From positions 16,749,223-16,813,222 of the forward strand of contig NC_068998.1 of the NCBI RefSeq assembly GCF_001194135.2: a DNA stretch of 64,000 nt, in the 5' to 3' direction. Under the pieces are notes generated by a model. It ran no database searches, had not been told where the DNA came from, and saw nothing but the letters and a program-made list of their open reading frames with translations. Shown here in pieces: positions 1 through 13,070 of the stretch (within the stretch, counting starts at the first letter, position 1; each line of letters starts with the position of its first letter). The stretch is from Octopus bimaculoides (lineage: Eukaryota). The position numbers and the translations under genes are program-made.

Positions 1-152
1 TAAATAGTAATCATGATATTTTTGATATTATTCAGATGTCTTTTATGAATTTAGTTTCTTCTAATAAGAATAAAATGGCACTATATATGAGTACTTAAGA
101 CTAGGAATTATTAGATCTTTGTAATATGTAAACAAAACAAAAAATAATAAAT

Positions 153-561
153 AGGCACAGGAGTGGCTGTGTGGTAAGTAGCTTGCTTACCAACCACATG
201 GTCCTGGGTTCAGTCTCACTGCATGGCACTTTGAGCAAGTGTCTTTTACTATAGCCTCGGGCCGACCAAAGCCTTGTGAGTGGATTTGGTAGACGGAAAC
301 TGGAAGAAGCCCGTCGTATATGTATATATATATATATATATATATGCATGTGTGTATGTTTGTGTGTCTGTTTGTCTCTCCCAGCATCGCTTGACAACCA
401 ATGCTGGTGTGTTTACGTCCCTGTAACTTATGGCTCGGCAAAAGAGACCGATAGAATAAGTACTAGGCTTACAAAGAATAAGCTCTGGGGTCGACTATAA
501 AGGCGGTGCTCCAGCATGGCTGCAGTCAAATGACTGAAACAAGTAAAAGAGTAAAAGAGAG
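153..561 (+). mobile_element. tRNA-head SINE, family 1 (ggagtggctgtgtggtaag... head, internal (TA)n/(TG)n, tail ...gactgaaacaagtaaaagag)
   Basis: Pol III A/B-box-like head. Near-identical copies at 7915-8300(-), 24085-24492(+) and 60953-61233(+); many older copies. Confidence 0.85.
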
Positions 562-668
562 TATGTATATTCTGTGCATCTTGCTAGTTCTTTGATTTTA
601 AATGTAAAACTTCAAATCCTGCCAAATATTATGTAGAAGTAATTATTTCCCTTACACTAACTGACCAT

Positions 669-995
669 AGTGGAGGTGCATGGCTTAGTGGTTAGGGTAT
701 TTGATTCACAATCGTATGGTTGTGAGTTCAATTCTTGGTAATACATTGTGTCCTTGAGCAAGACACTTTATTTCATATTGCTCCAGTCCACTCAGCTGGC
801 AAAAATGAGTAGTACCTGTAATTCAAAGAGCCAGTCTTATTATCTTTTTTGTCATGCTAAGTCTCCCTGAGGACAATGTTAAAGGCATATGTGTCTGTGG
901 AGCATTCAGCCACTTGCACGTTAATTTCATGAGTAGGTTGTTCCATTGATTGGATCAACTGGAAAACTCTTCATAGCCAATGGAGAGCCAGTTTT
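669..995 (+). mobile_element. tRNA-head SINE family 2 (gaggtgcatggcttagtggttag...gagcaagacactttatttc...ccagtccactcagctg)
   Basis: A/B-box-like head. Related copies at 6603-6925(+), 7470-7800(-) and 50548-50849(-). Confidence 0.75.
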
Positions 996-1294
996 TTTTA
1001 CACTAACTGGCCACCATGGAACATGTGTTTGGGAGTTTCCTACACCATTAAAATATCAATAACTGTTTAATGAGCCAATGACGAAGTCTTTATGTGGACT
1101 CTCGACTTACTAGAAATAATAGCCATCATTCCAAAGATGTGGAACCAGCAATGTCTACATGTCTGTTGAAAAGGAATTGTAGCATGTGATACAATGATCT
1201 GTGTTTTTTAAACTTGTTTTTTGTAAACTGTAAATTAATTTCCCTGCTTTGTTAGTGAATTTGGATGAAGGAAACTGTACAGAAACCTGTATAA

Positions 1295-1530
1295 GGCGGC
1301 GAGCTGGCAGAAACGTTAGCATGCTGGGCGAAATGCTTAGCGGTATTTCGTCTGCCACTACGTTCTGAGTTCAAATTCCACCAAGGTCGACTCTGCCTTT
1401 CATCCTTTCGGGGTCAGTTAAATAAGTACCAGTTACGCAGTGGGGTCGATATAGTCGACTTAATCCGTTTGTCTGTCCTTGTTTGTCCCCTCTGTGTGTA
1501 GCCCCTTGTGGGCAGTAAAGAAATAAGAAA
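1295..1530 (+). mobile_element. SINE family with Deu/Nin-like core (gcctttcatcctttcggggtc...ataagtaccag)
   Basis: Core resembles the recalled Deu/Nin SINE domain. Copies at ~4895-5110, 23210-23395(-), 24500-24695, 48600-48810, 55615-55830 and 58645-58840(-). Confidence 0.65.
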
Positions 1531-1534
1531 CCTG

Positions 1535-1571
<37 letters not shown>

Positions 1572-1651
1572 GGGGTATTTGTGGATATGCACATTGTATT
1601 TTTCTCTCACTACTTACCTACTAGTGTTGTTTTTTTTTTACNNNNNNNNNN

Positions 1652-1698
<47 letters not shown>

Positions 1699-2640
1699 TT
1701 TGTGGATATGCACATTGTATTTTTCTCTCACTACTTACCTACTAGTGTTGTTTTTTTTTTACATTTCTGTAATTTGTAACAAACTTAAAATAAGTTGTGG
1801 AATCAATTTGATTAACAAATTAAACCCTTCAAGGTGATGCCCCAGCACATCTGCAGTCCAGTGATTGAAACAAGTAAAAGAATAAAGGCATATTTATTGT
1901 CTTGTAAAAGAAAGGACACATCAATAAATGTCATCCTAGATATACGCAATGCCTCAGAGTAGGCTGAGATGGTCTTGGGTGGAATGCTTCTGATCATAGA
2001 TCTGTTCAGTCAGTGCTGACCTGGGGCTAAACAAAAACAAGGATTGTTCAGTAATCTTGTTTTTGTAAAACCCTGCCTGTAATGTCCTGCACTGTACTTT
2101 TAACTTATCTAAGTGATAACTTTTAAGTGGTTACAACATTTCTTGGCTTGTGATTGTTTGTCTTTTCTTGGTCTTTGTACCTTGTTAAATGACGGCAACT
2201 TGCTGATACATGTATACTGCTTAACATCTTGACAAGCAACATTGTAAATATGAAATTATGAAACTTGTTTTGGAATCATGAAACATGTTAACATAGGAAT
2301 CTCATCCAATGCTCTAAAGATGTTGAAATTGCTGGCATTGTATATTTATTTATTCAGCTGAAATGATTTTTTAATATGTAATTCATATCATCTCCTTTGT
2401 ATTTGGAGCTCATCGGTAAATTATAAATTAGTTTAGATCACAATTCTGTGTTTCTTGCGCAAGTGGAATTAAAACTAAAACTATGGCTGTCCCTCACATA
2501 TTGATTAATTTGATCCTCAACTAGGTGGTCACAGTTGGAATTCTTTTGACGAAATGATTCTATTGACTTAACCCTTTGGCCTTCAGTTTACTCTAATCAA
2601 ATATAATGCTTATTTATTCTTCTGCCAAAATTTGAAAATA

Positions 2641-2678
<38 letters not shown>

Positions 2679-2904
2679 AATTTTTTTTTTTTTTTTGAGT
2701 GAAGGTGGTGCTCTTCATTTTTTTAAAAGGCCTCTGGAATTAGTGAGTTGGGGAGCGAAAGAAATTCTCAAATCTTAGACCTGATCTGAATACCTGCAAC
2801 AGACTAGACTCTGCTGAAAGTACCCAAAATGTCCTGTGGCACTTTGGGTATTTTCAGCAGTATTTAATCTGACATTCTTACAAATCCACCAATCCACTGT
2901 AGAT

Positions 2905-3213
2905 CAATGCTTCTCAAACTATCTGATATGGCATACTGGCCTTTTTTTTTTTTTTTTACAATGTACCAGGGACCGGTAATATTTCTTAGTAATATTAATT
3001 TATACCAGAAACAATATATATAATGAATATAATAAAAGTTGACAATTTTTTTTTTATCATATATTTATTTTGTAAACAAATAATACAATAATACATAAGC
3101 ATTTTATAAGCATTTTATAATGTTTCTTTCTTTTCTGGAAACTCACCATGTATTGGCAGCTAATGGCTCGTGAACCATTGCCGGTCCATGGATCATCTCT
3201 TTGAGTAGCACTG
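2905..3213. mobile_element. hAT (Charlie-like) MITE
   Basis: Ends caatgcttctcaaa / tttgagtagcactg; 8-bp TSD ctgtagat / ctgtagaa. Confidence 0.75.
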
Positions 3214-3479
3214 CTGTAGAAAACACTTTCTTTGTTTGCTAAGAGACCAACTTGGAAGGCATGAAATAAAAATTGGGTAGGACAAGGAGTGATATTGTGA
3301 AGTTGGTTAAGATAGAAAGTGAAACTAAGATGTTAACTAATGTTCTGTCTTAAGGATGGAAGAGATGAAGTGTTTGAATAACTAGGCATCGTGGGTTTTT
3401 TGTTTTTTTTTATAAATCAGTGTTATGGACAGTGAATGTACAAGTGTATGTAAGTGCTTTAATGACAGGCTGTTGAATG

Positions 3480-3620
3480 ATAAATACAAGTTGTGAAGAA
3501 CAATTTGAAATGGAGCCAATAGAAGGGTCAGTTATTGAGGTAGTTTTCAGCATAATTAGAAAGTATATTAAGATGATGTCAGAGAAAGCTGCAAGTTCAC
3601 TGAGGATAGTTGCTGGGTTG
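3480..3620 (+). mobile_element. Highly decayed RTE-type LINE fragment
   Basis: MEPIEGSVIEVVFSIIRKYIKMMSEKAASSLRIVAG resembles the recalled RTE EGP..AIK.MK.GKA.GPSGI motif. Confidence 0.4.
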
Positions 3621-4499
3621 CCGGAGGCATCAAGCTATGGAGGTCATATTTAGTTACTTGGTTAGTTAACTAGGTAAATTAACCTTTCGGTCAAAGAAGT
3701 CACTAACTTTCAGATGTAATTCAGTTAACTGTAGCTGATCAGTGTTTGGTGTAGCCGTGTTACAGCTCACTTTGCTCGAACATTTCAATGCTAGACATGT
3801 TGGCTTAGTTGAAGGTTTTTTGCTGATATAAAGGGCCACAACTTTGCCCTCGTGAAAATTCTTCAGAATGCATGATACAGTGGAGTAACTTCCCCATGAA
3901 TCTAACTTTTAGACCCATATCTTTATCACAGAAATTTTGGAATAATACAGTGCTTTATTGTTTATTTAGTGTTTGTCAATTGTTCGTGTATACTTTATAT
4001 TCTTCCTCCCCTAAAAAATAGAACTTTTGAGTTGACTAAAGAAAAAATAAATAAATAAAATGTTTTAGATGATAAATATTGCTGGAATAGCAGCATATAG
4101 TTGGTTAAGCAATAAATTCCATTTTTTCATAAACACATTATCCTTGTAAAAGATAGTGTGTGTATGCACTTTCAGTCTCACTAGTATATCCATCCTGTTT
4201 AGATTTCAAGTATTTCCCTTCACTAGGAGGGGTTAGATTGTGGAAAGCCCAAACAAGAGACAACAGCTAAATGAATGTTGTCAAATTTGATAATGAAGTT
4301 AACTGAAGGTTTTAGAATTACTGTAGCATCATTGTAAATATGAAACTGGTTGGTTATTGTTACTCAATCTGAAACAGATCAGTTGCTATAATTCAGGGAC
4401 AGTATCCATATTGCACATTTTATTTTAATCTTCTTTTCCATTTCTGAAACTATCTCTCTCAGCTCATGTATTGTCTCTGATCATTAATATTTTTGTAAC

Positions 4500-4791
4500 C
4501 ATTGCCAGTGCCCCTGGACTGGCTCTTGTGCGAGTGGCACATAAAATACACCATTTTGAGCGTGGCCGTTGCCAGTACCGCCTGACTGGCCTTCGTGTGG
4601 GTGACACGTAAAAGCACCCACTACACTCTCTGAGTGGTTGGCGTTAGGAAGGGCATCCAGCTGTAGAAACTCTGCCAAATCAGCTTGGAGCCTGGTGTTG
4701 CCATCCGGTTTCACCAGTCCTCAGTCAAATCGTCCAACCCATGCTAGCATGGAAAGCGGACGTTAAACGATGATGATGATGATGATGATGA
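4500..4791 (+). mobile_element. V-domain SINE-like element with (GAT)n tail
   Basis: gtggttggcgttaggaagggcatccagctgtagaaac resembles the recalled V-SINE core; ends gttaaac(gat)n. Confidence 0.75.
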
Positions 4792-5328
4792 TTTCTAATG
4801 AAATACACCCTCCTTATGTTTTAATAATATTTGAAAATCATTGAAAATCTGTAAAATTTTGTAACCTTTCATTATTGAATTACTGTTGAAAGTTAGTGAG
4901 CTGGCACAATGTTTGGCATGTTGGACAGGCTGCTTAGCAACATTTCTTCTGACGCTTTACATTCTGATTTAAATCCCACCAAAGTCAACTTTGCCTTTCT
5001 TCCTTTCATGGATGATGAAATAAAGGACCAACCAAGTACTGGGGTCGATATAATTGACTGGCCACCTTCTCTCAAAATTGTTGGTCTTGTGCCAAAGTTA
5101 GAATTATTAAACTGGTGTTTAGAATATAATACTAGGCTTGCACCTGAAATTATTATAGAATGCTCACATTTAGGCACAGTTGTGACTCTGTTGTAAGGAG
5201 TTTCCCAACCACATGGTTCCTGGCTCAGTCCCATTGCATAGTACCTTGAGCACGTGTCTTCTACTACAGCCTCAGGTTGACCAAAGCCTTGTGGGTGGAT
5301 TTGGTAGACAGAAACAGAAAGAAGCCTG

Positions 5329-5370
<42 letters not shown>

Positions 5371-7094
5371 ATCCCCCACCATTGCATGACAACTGATGTT
5401 GGTGTATTTATGTACCTGTAACTTGGCAGTTCAGCAAAGGAGACTGATAGAATAAATATCAGGCTTTAAAAAAAAAGGAAATACTGGGGTTGATTTGTTC
5501 AATTAAAATTCTTTAAGGTAGTATCCCAGCAGCCTAATGACTGTAAAAGAAAAAGATAAAAGATTTAAATATGAACACTTCAAAATGGTTTGTTTAATAT
5601 CGTAGAACCAGATGTTGTCTCAGGTAAGTTAGTATCAAAATGGTTAATCTGACATTAGACATATTAGCTCCACCTATTTATTCATTTCCTTTTAGTCTAG
5701 GTGAGTTTGACAAGGTCATAGGTGTTGTCCCTCCTCTTACTAATAATTACAAATGTATTTATGAAAAGTTTAAAATTTTCATCAAAATTTGAAATATTAT
5801 TTAAAATCTTTCATTTTTATATTTGGTTTGCAAGGTTCTTTGATGTGAGCCTGTATGTTGAAACAGATGTTGTTTCTTTGGAAGGTCATTAAGCCATTAT
5901 GAAGCTCACACACTGGTTCTATTTCATTTCTTTTATTATCTATTAGTAAACTAGTTAATCATTTAACCAATTAACTAATAGTTTGTTTGATTTATTGTTC
6001 AGTCAGTCAATCAGTGACATGCCAGATGGCTAACAAAGACGAAAATTTCTTTTAAGCATGTAAATTAATATTTTTGTTAAACCAAAATTTTTTTAAAGTT
6101 ATCTCCCTTCTTTGATAATTGCTTACAGTTAGTGTTAAGTTTTTTTTCTTTTTTCTTTCTGTAACTAAGAGGTAAATTTTAAATGCTTTTTGTCGCAAGA
6201 TTTTTTTTTAATGATTGAGATTTTTTGGTTCATGTCATTCAGCAAAGTGCTCCTTTCTTGGATTGCCTTATAGCATAGCCTCAGATTTACCAATGCTTTC
6301 TGAAATTTGGCACATGGAAACTATGCAGATGCTTGTGATATATTTGTATATATCAGCTGCAGTTGAGAACTCGTACATTCAAACAGAAATATCCTGTAGT
6401 GTTTGTGCCTAATTGAATTATCCCTTCTTATACCAATGACTATTTTGCATTTCATCTCTTACATGAAGAATGAATTATTTCCCCATGCTACTATAATCAA
6501 CTAAAGCTTCTTGAAGACAATAGCCTAGCATGGCCACAGTCCTTTGAGCAAACCCTATAAAACAATGAATTCAAGCTTTTATAACCTTTTTATTGTTTTA
6601 TTGAAGGTGCGTGGCATAGTAGTTAGAGTATTCAGCTCATGATTATAAGGTCATAAGTTCAATTCCCGGTAACACATTGTATCCTTGAGCAAGACACTTT
6701 ATTTCAGGTTGCTCCAGTCCACTCAGCTGGCAAAAATGATTAGTACCTGTAACTCAAAGGGCCAGCCTTGTCGCTCTCTGTATCATGCTGAATCTCTCTG
6801 AGAACTATGTTAAGGGTACACATGTCTGTGGAGTTCTCAGCCACTTGTATGTTAATTTCACAAGCATGCTGTTCTGTTGATCAGACAACTGGAACCATCG
6901 TTGTCATAATCAACAGAGAGCCAATTGTCTTATTTGCTTACTTAAGCTCTTTTGTTCCCCAAACAGCATAGACCATCAATGACTTTTCTCCTGTCTTCCC
7001 AACTCTAGGCTGCTCCTGAAAGAAAGCCTTCTTCTCGCAGATCTTGTTGGTTTTGAATTGTCTTTGATATTTCTGTAACTTTACATTTTTCTAG

Positions 7095-7151
7095 GTCAGG
7101 GACATTGATCCAATGCAATTCATATTTTCTACCCTATTAAAAATGTCACAG
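7095..7151 (+). other. Candidate orphan exon (57 nt, VRDIDPMQFIFSTLLKMSQ), gene unassigned
   Basis: ctgtaactttacatttttctag acceptor and CAG|gtaaga donor; one open frame, phase 0 to 0. No confident homology. Confidence 0.3.
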
Positions 7152-7914
7152 GTAAGATTGAGCTTTCGATGATTTTGGGTGATCATGTGCACTATATGAT
7201 CATCATCCCTCTTCATAGGACTAAATAATGATGTCAGGATTTCCTGGCAGTGATGATACACTGTCATATTCCTTGTTGCCTACTTACAATCCTGTGAGAA
7301 GAGTTGAACCTAAGCACTATAAACCCAGAAAAATTATACAATATCACCTTTATACAGAACTTCAGAGGTCATAGGTAGTGAATTTTACTTTGATGTTTAC
7401 TGTTCAGTGGGTTTGAGCTGAGGAAGTTCTGTCCTTTGGTAAATGATGTATGCCAGTCTTTTGGCTGGATGGTACCTGGCATGCTGTTGGTTACGATGAT
7501 GAGGATTCCACTTCATCTGGTCAGCAGAACAGCTTGCTCATCAAATTAATGTGCAAGTGGCTGAGCACTCTACAGACATGCATACCTTTAACACAGTTCT
7601 CAGGAAGATTCAGTGTGACAATGTGATGAGGCTGGCCCATTTGAATTATAGGTATTATTCATTTTTGCCAGTTGAGTGAACTGGAGCAACATGAAATAAA
7701 GTGTCTTACTGAAGGACATAACATGCGACTGGGAATCAAACTTATGACCTTAACAGTTGTGAGCTGAATACACTAACCACAAAACCACATGCCTTCACTG
7801 GATGGCACCGAGAGAGTTATAAACAAGATTTATTACTAAACTTGAAAAATTTCTTGAATCTATATTTAGCTTTAATGATGAAATTATTAAAATATGACTG
7901 AGCAAGAGGGTATA

Positions 7915-8300
7915 CTCTTTACTCTTTTACTTGTTTCAGTCTTTTGACTGTGGCCATGCTGGAGCACCGCCTTTAGTCGAGCAAATCGACTCCAGGACTT
8001 ATTCTTTAGAAGCCTAGTACTTATTCTATCGGTCTCTTTTGCCAAACCGCTAAGTTACAGGAACGTTGGGTGGACAGACACAGACACACAAACACACACA
8101 CACATACGTATATATATATATATATACATATATACGACGGGCTTCTTTCAGTTTCCGTCTACCAAATCCACCCACAAGGCTTCGGTCGGCCCGAGGCTAT
8201 AGTAGAAGACACTTGCCCAAAGTGCCACGCAGTGGGACTGAACCCGGAACCATGTGGTTGGTAAGCAAGCTACTTACCACACAGCCACTCCTACGCCTAT
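7915..8300 (-). mobile_element. tRNA-head SINE family 1 copy
   Basis: Reverse-complement match to 153-561. Confidence 0.85.
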
Positions 8301-11300
8301 AGTATAAGGAAATTTACATTCAATTCCAAGAAACTAGATTTTACTAATGAAATGTGTGCGTTTCAACTGAAACAGCCATTCAATTTGTACAAAGATGGGG
8401 AACAAAGTAATGGTGGAATATGGTTTTGTTTCTATGAGACTTGGTCTGAGAAATACATGGTGATATTTTGAGCCAACATGAGTGCCTTTACAAGGTTGTT
8501 AGAAATAGCAGTCAAATCTTACTGAAACTACATGTTAATGCTTTTAAAGGAAAAAGGAATATGTTACATAATACAGTCTGGGTTACACTATTCTTGAACA
8601 AACACAACACAAAAAATTAAAAAAACAGAATTGTCTCAGTTTAAATATGTTTGATCATTCTACTTGGCCACAGCCAATTTGGGGCTATCCCCTATGTGGT
8701 GGTTCAACCTGTGCTAGAAATAGCAGATTGAACAAGTTTCTTTCAAATCACATCATTTTGATAAAGAGAAAGGACACATTAGGCAATGTGGTTCTGCACA
8801 ACTCTTACAAAGATGGAACATTATTGTTGGGAACTGGAATGCCTTTGAGATGACCCTGGATTAAATAACAACAACAACATTGTGATATTCTCAGATATGT
8901 AAAAAAAAAAAAAAAATTAAAAACTGCAACAATAAAATAAGCATAGAAATACAGAAAAAGCCTGAGAAAGTGAGAGAGAGAGAGAGATGGGGAGAGGCGG
9001 GAAGAGGATCATATAGGTTTTTAATATGAATAGATTTGTACAGAAAATATTAGACTTTATCGAATACATTTTTCTAAATCTTGTGCTCACATATAATAAT
9101 AATAATAATAATAATAATGATAATAATAATAATAATAATGAAATTATTGTGTATTGACTGTTGACTTTATCTTCTTGGAAGTGTTTCTTTTTTTTTTTAA
9201 TATTTATTTTATTTTTTGTTTTATTTTTTTATTTACTGTTCTCAGCTGTTAACCTCTGTATCTACTTCACTAATTAATTTTCAATATAATGAGATAGGTT
9301 TTTAAGTGGCACATTTGTGTGTGTATGTGTTGGTGATGTTTTTTTTTTCTTTTCTTATTTCTTTCTTTCTTCTGTTACTTGTTTCTTGACCAATGTCACA
9401 TATGCAACACTACAGATAACAAAAGTCCTACACAGCTAAACTTTGATCCTTTTCTTTACTCATACTTTCAACTGAAAAGCATCTCAAAATTCACCACCAC
9501 CCCCACACACACACCTCACCCACCCACCGTCTATTCTCCTTCTTACTATTATTATTGGTATTATTCATAACCTTATTGTCTTTCATTATATATTTGTTTG
9601 TTTTTTTATTATTGTTTTTCATTTGTTTGTTAACAAGACTCTGTAAAATTATCTCATGACTAGATCTCCCCCCCACTTTCCCTCACCTTCCTTTTCCTCC
9701 CTCCCTATCTCTCTTCTATCTTCTCCCACACACTGTGTGGACTAATCCATCTGAATAGCAGGGTACAAAAGTTACACTGATCTGCTTATAAGACTAACCT
9801 TAAGTGTCTCTGCCAGTTCAGCTTAAGACAGTTTCATAGGTTGGTGTTGGTCAAATGCCACTGACTTAGCTTGCTTCACTGACTAGCTGGCTTGCTGTAA
9901 GTTCTCTGTGTCTCTCTCTCTGCCTCTGGTTCCTACTCTGTTCACTGTGAGATTTTTCCTTCCCCTCTCTACTGCCTACACCTGCCCCTGCTGTCAATGG
10001 AAGCTCAAGTTGTAGACAAGACACATTTTCAGTGCTGGTGTGTGTCCTCCCTTGTCAGATGGCTGCCTTTTCAATGTTAGTACTGTTGTTCTAACTATCA
10101 TTATACCATTGTTGATTCTTCTACTGATTCCTGTGACGAAAATAATGTCTGGGCACCAATGTGAAAGAAGGAAACAAAAAAGAACGAAAGAAAGAAAGAA
10201 AGAAAAGACTGATAGACTTTGAAAAACTGGAGCAAAACAAAAGCAAAAAAAAAAGAAAAAAAAAATGAAAAAGAAGAAACAAGCAGCATTTCAGATCACC
10301 TGTGTTCCTGGAGATAGTGGTATTCGCGGCATTTACAGTTGTGAGGGTGCTGTTCTGTAAAGAATGGTCAGTTTGTATATTCACACATATGAATAACACA
10401 TACATCTCTGCATGCACACACACACGCACAGAGAGGCACAGTTATACATATTTATGTAGATATGTTTGATAACAATCAATACATACATAGACGCCTCATT
10501 GTGTTTATTTAGTTTAACATTTTGTTTTATGAAAATTTAGCTTCAAGTATCTTTTTATAACTTTTGCTATGTTTTCTGTTTCTATTGCTGCTACCCTTTC
10601 TATTTCTTTTCTTTTTATCCTCTACTTCATTCTTATTGTATTCATAGAATATCCATTTTTTTTTTTGTATGAAAATATTGTTTTTGATTTCTTATTAGGC
10701 ATTTTTTCCCTATGTCTTTAAGAAATTTGTGTAATATTCATTGCAATTGGTCAATTCAGAAATAACACTTACATATTTAGTTCTGCTAAGTACAATATAC
10801 TTTATTAATGTTCTTCTCCGTAATTTTTTTTTTTTCAAACTGTTAGTTGTCTTCTTATCGTTTTGAAGTTATATAGTTATATTTCTTCATTAGGGAATGT
10901 AGTTAGAATAAATGAAAACAAAGCAAACTAAATAGCTATAGAGTAATTATTGGTAGACTATTGGCACAGATGATTTGTTTTCATTGATGAAGGTTTCTGT
11001 AGAACTAGCCACGCTTTTTGGAAATGCTGGAAACAGAAAGTTGATGCAAATGTTTGCCACAAATTCAATGAATAACATATCTCAGGCTTTTTTTTATTAT
11101 TATTAGATTTCTCCATCTGCTGGGTTTGTTGCCTTTGCCATCATTTAAGATTCACCCACCCTGATAGGCCAAATACACACCTGGGCAACAAACCAGAAAT
11201 TTCTAAGTCCTTGCATGTAATATATATATATATATATATATATATGAATGAGAAAATGGAGAAATTGACATATAGACATCAGTTTATTCAAAGATGTTTA

Positions 11301-11994
11301 AATCAATATAATATGAAATTCATATCCCTACAGCCGTATCCATATCGAATTGATTCAGTTAGAGAAATTAAATTAAATTAAATAAATTAAAAATTTTCAT
11401 ATCGAAACTGGTTAATTGGGTATTTAATCAGGGGAGAATTTCCAGAAAGGAGTTACATTCTAATGTGTTATTAAACATTAAATTATTCTAACCAATGTTC
11501 TCATTTTGGTTGTTCTAGTCACAACCTTTCAGACATTGTGTCTTCCAACTTTTTTCAGGTGCTTGTTGTATTCAATAATATTCTTGGAATTTCAAATAAA
11601 ACCATTTCTTAAATCTCCAGAGGTAGATTATTCTCATTCCATTGTCCAAGGCAGAATAGTCTCTCCTTTTAGTTATTCTCCTGCTTGTGAAACCATCTGA
11701 AATAGTATATATACTGACCCAGTATTGAACTAATGTCCACTAGCTCAACTACTATACTCAACACTTATATTCACTAACCCATTGTCTTGTAGGATAGTTA
11801 AGTAACAAACATTTGGTGTCTCAAGCCTAATTTTTCAATATTTCTTGCTGTAGGTTATTTTAACTATCTATTTATCTATGTAAACTTAAGACTAAGATAC
11901 TAAACTCTAATAGATATTAAAGAAAGTTTATTATCTGAAGTGTAAATTGTATACGAATACATAAATTATAACATTACCTGTTGACTGGTTAACT

Positions 11995-12052
<58 letters not shown>

Positions 12053-12329
12053 ACAGACACACAAAATCTTCATCAAAGACTTATTATTCACTGTTGTTAA
12101 AGTCTAGCTTCGACAACCAATCATATTGGTGAACATAATTCTGCAGGTTGAACTATGGTGTCTTGTTGATTCAAAATTTCACAGTTCTTCTCTTAAAATG
12201 GTAGTATTGCTGTATAAATAGTTATCCCTATTGAATGAATACATGCATGATATAGTGGTCTTGTACCTATGTTGTATATCATAATTTAATGAATGAATAA
12301 CATTGTTTTATCTTGGAATGAAGTTTAAG

Positions 12330-13070
12330 TGTATTAAACTAGCAAACAACTCAAAGGTATACTAACTAGTAAGTGATTTAATCATGGGTGTGTTATATTA
12401 ACTAATTAGCATTTTGATAGTGAGTATGGTATACTAACTTGCAAAAGCTTTATAGCAGGCATGATAAATTAACTAACAAATAATTTAATTATGATATGAT
12501 ATGTGGCACATAGTTCAGTAATTACAGGATTGGGCTTACAATTGTGAGGTTGTGAGTTTGGTCTCTGGACAGAACTGTGTGTTGTGATCTTGAGCAAGAC
12601 ACTTTATTTCACATTGCTCCAGTTCACTCAGCTGTAGAAATGAGTTGCGACCTCACAGGTGCCAAGCTGTATCGGCCTTTGCCTATCCCATGGATAACAT
12701 TGGTGGCATGGAAAGGGGAGACTAGCATGCATGGGCGATTGCTGGTCTTCCACAAACAACTTTGCACGCACTTGTACCTCAGAGGAGAACTTTCTAGATG
12801 CAATCCCATGGCCATTCATGACCTTTACCTAAACTAACTAACAGACAATTTGATAGTGGAATGAAAAGCTAACTGGCAAGCAATTTGATGGTGACTTGAT
12901 ATACTAACTAATAAGTAATTCAATATCAGATGTATTTAACTAACTAGCAAGCAGTTTGATAATGGCTTGATATAGGCTTCGTAGTACTAACAAGCAGGTG
13001 GTTTGTTAGGGGCTTGATTTACCAACTAGCAAGCAGTTTAATAGTTGGTATGGTGTGCTGTGTTGATATA
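12330..13070 (+). repeat. Degenerate ~35-bp tandem array (tactaactagcaagcartttgatrgtg), interrupted by a SINE
   Basis: Recurring actaactagcaag...tttgatag units at ~12340-12480 and ~12830-13050. Confidence 0.65.

Noticed and set aside
1548-1762. Direct duplication of (TG)n-gggtatttgtggatatgcac...tttttac
   Set aside because: The two copies flank a 10-N gap and are essentially identical, which is typical of a contig-overlap artefact.
4292-4360. MKLTEGFRI...IVNMKL resembling SZT2 VRLSEGF...IINMVL
   Set aside because: Needs a frameshift, lacks splice sites, and the cattgtaaatatgaaa motif recurs at ~2240, which points to a repeat.
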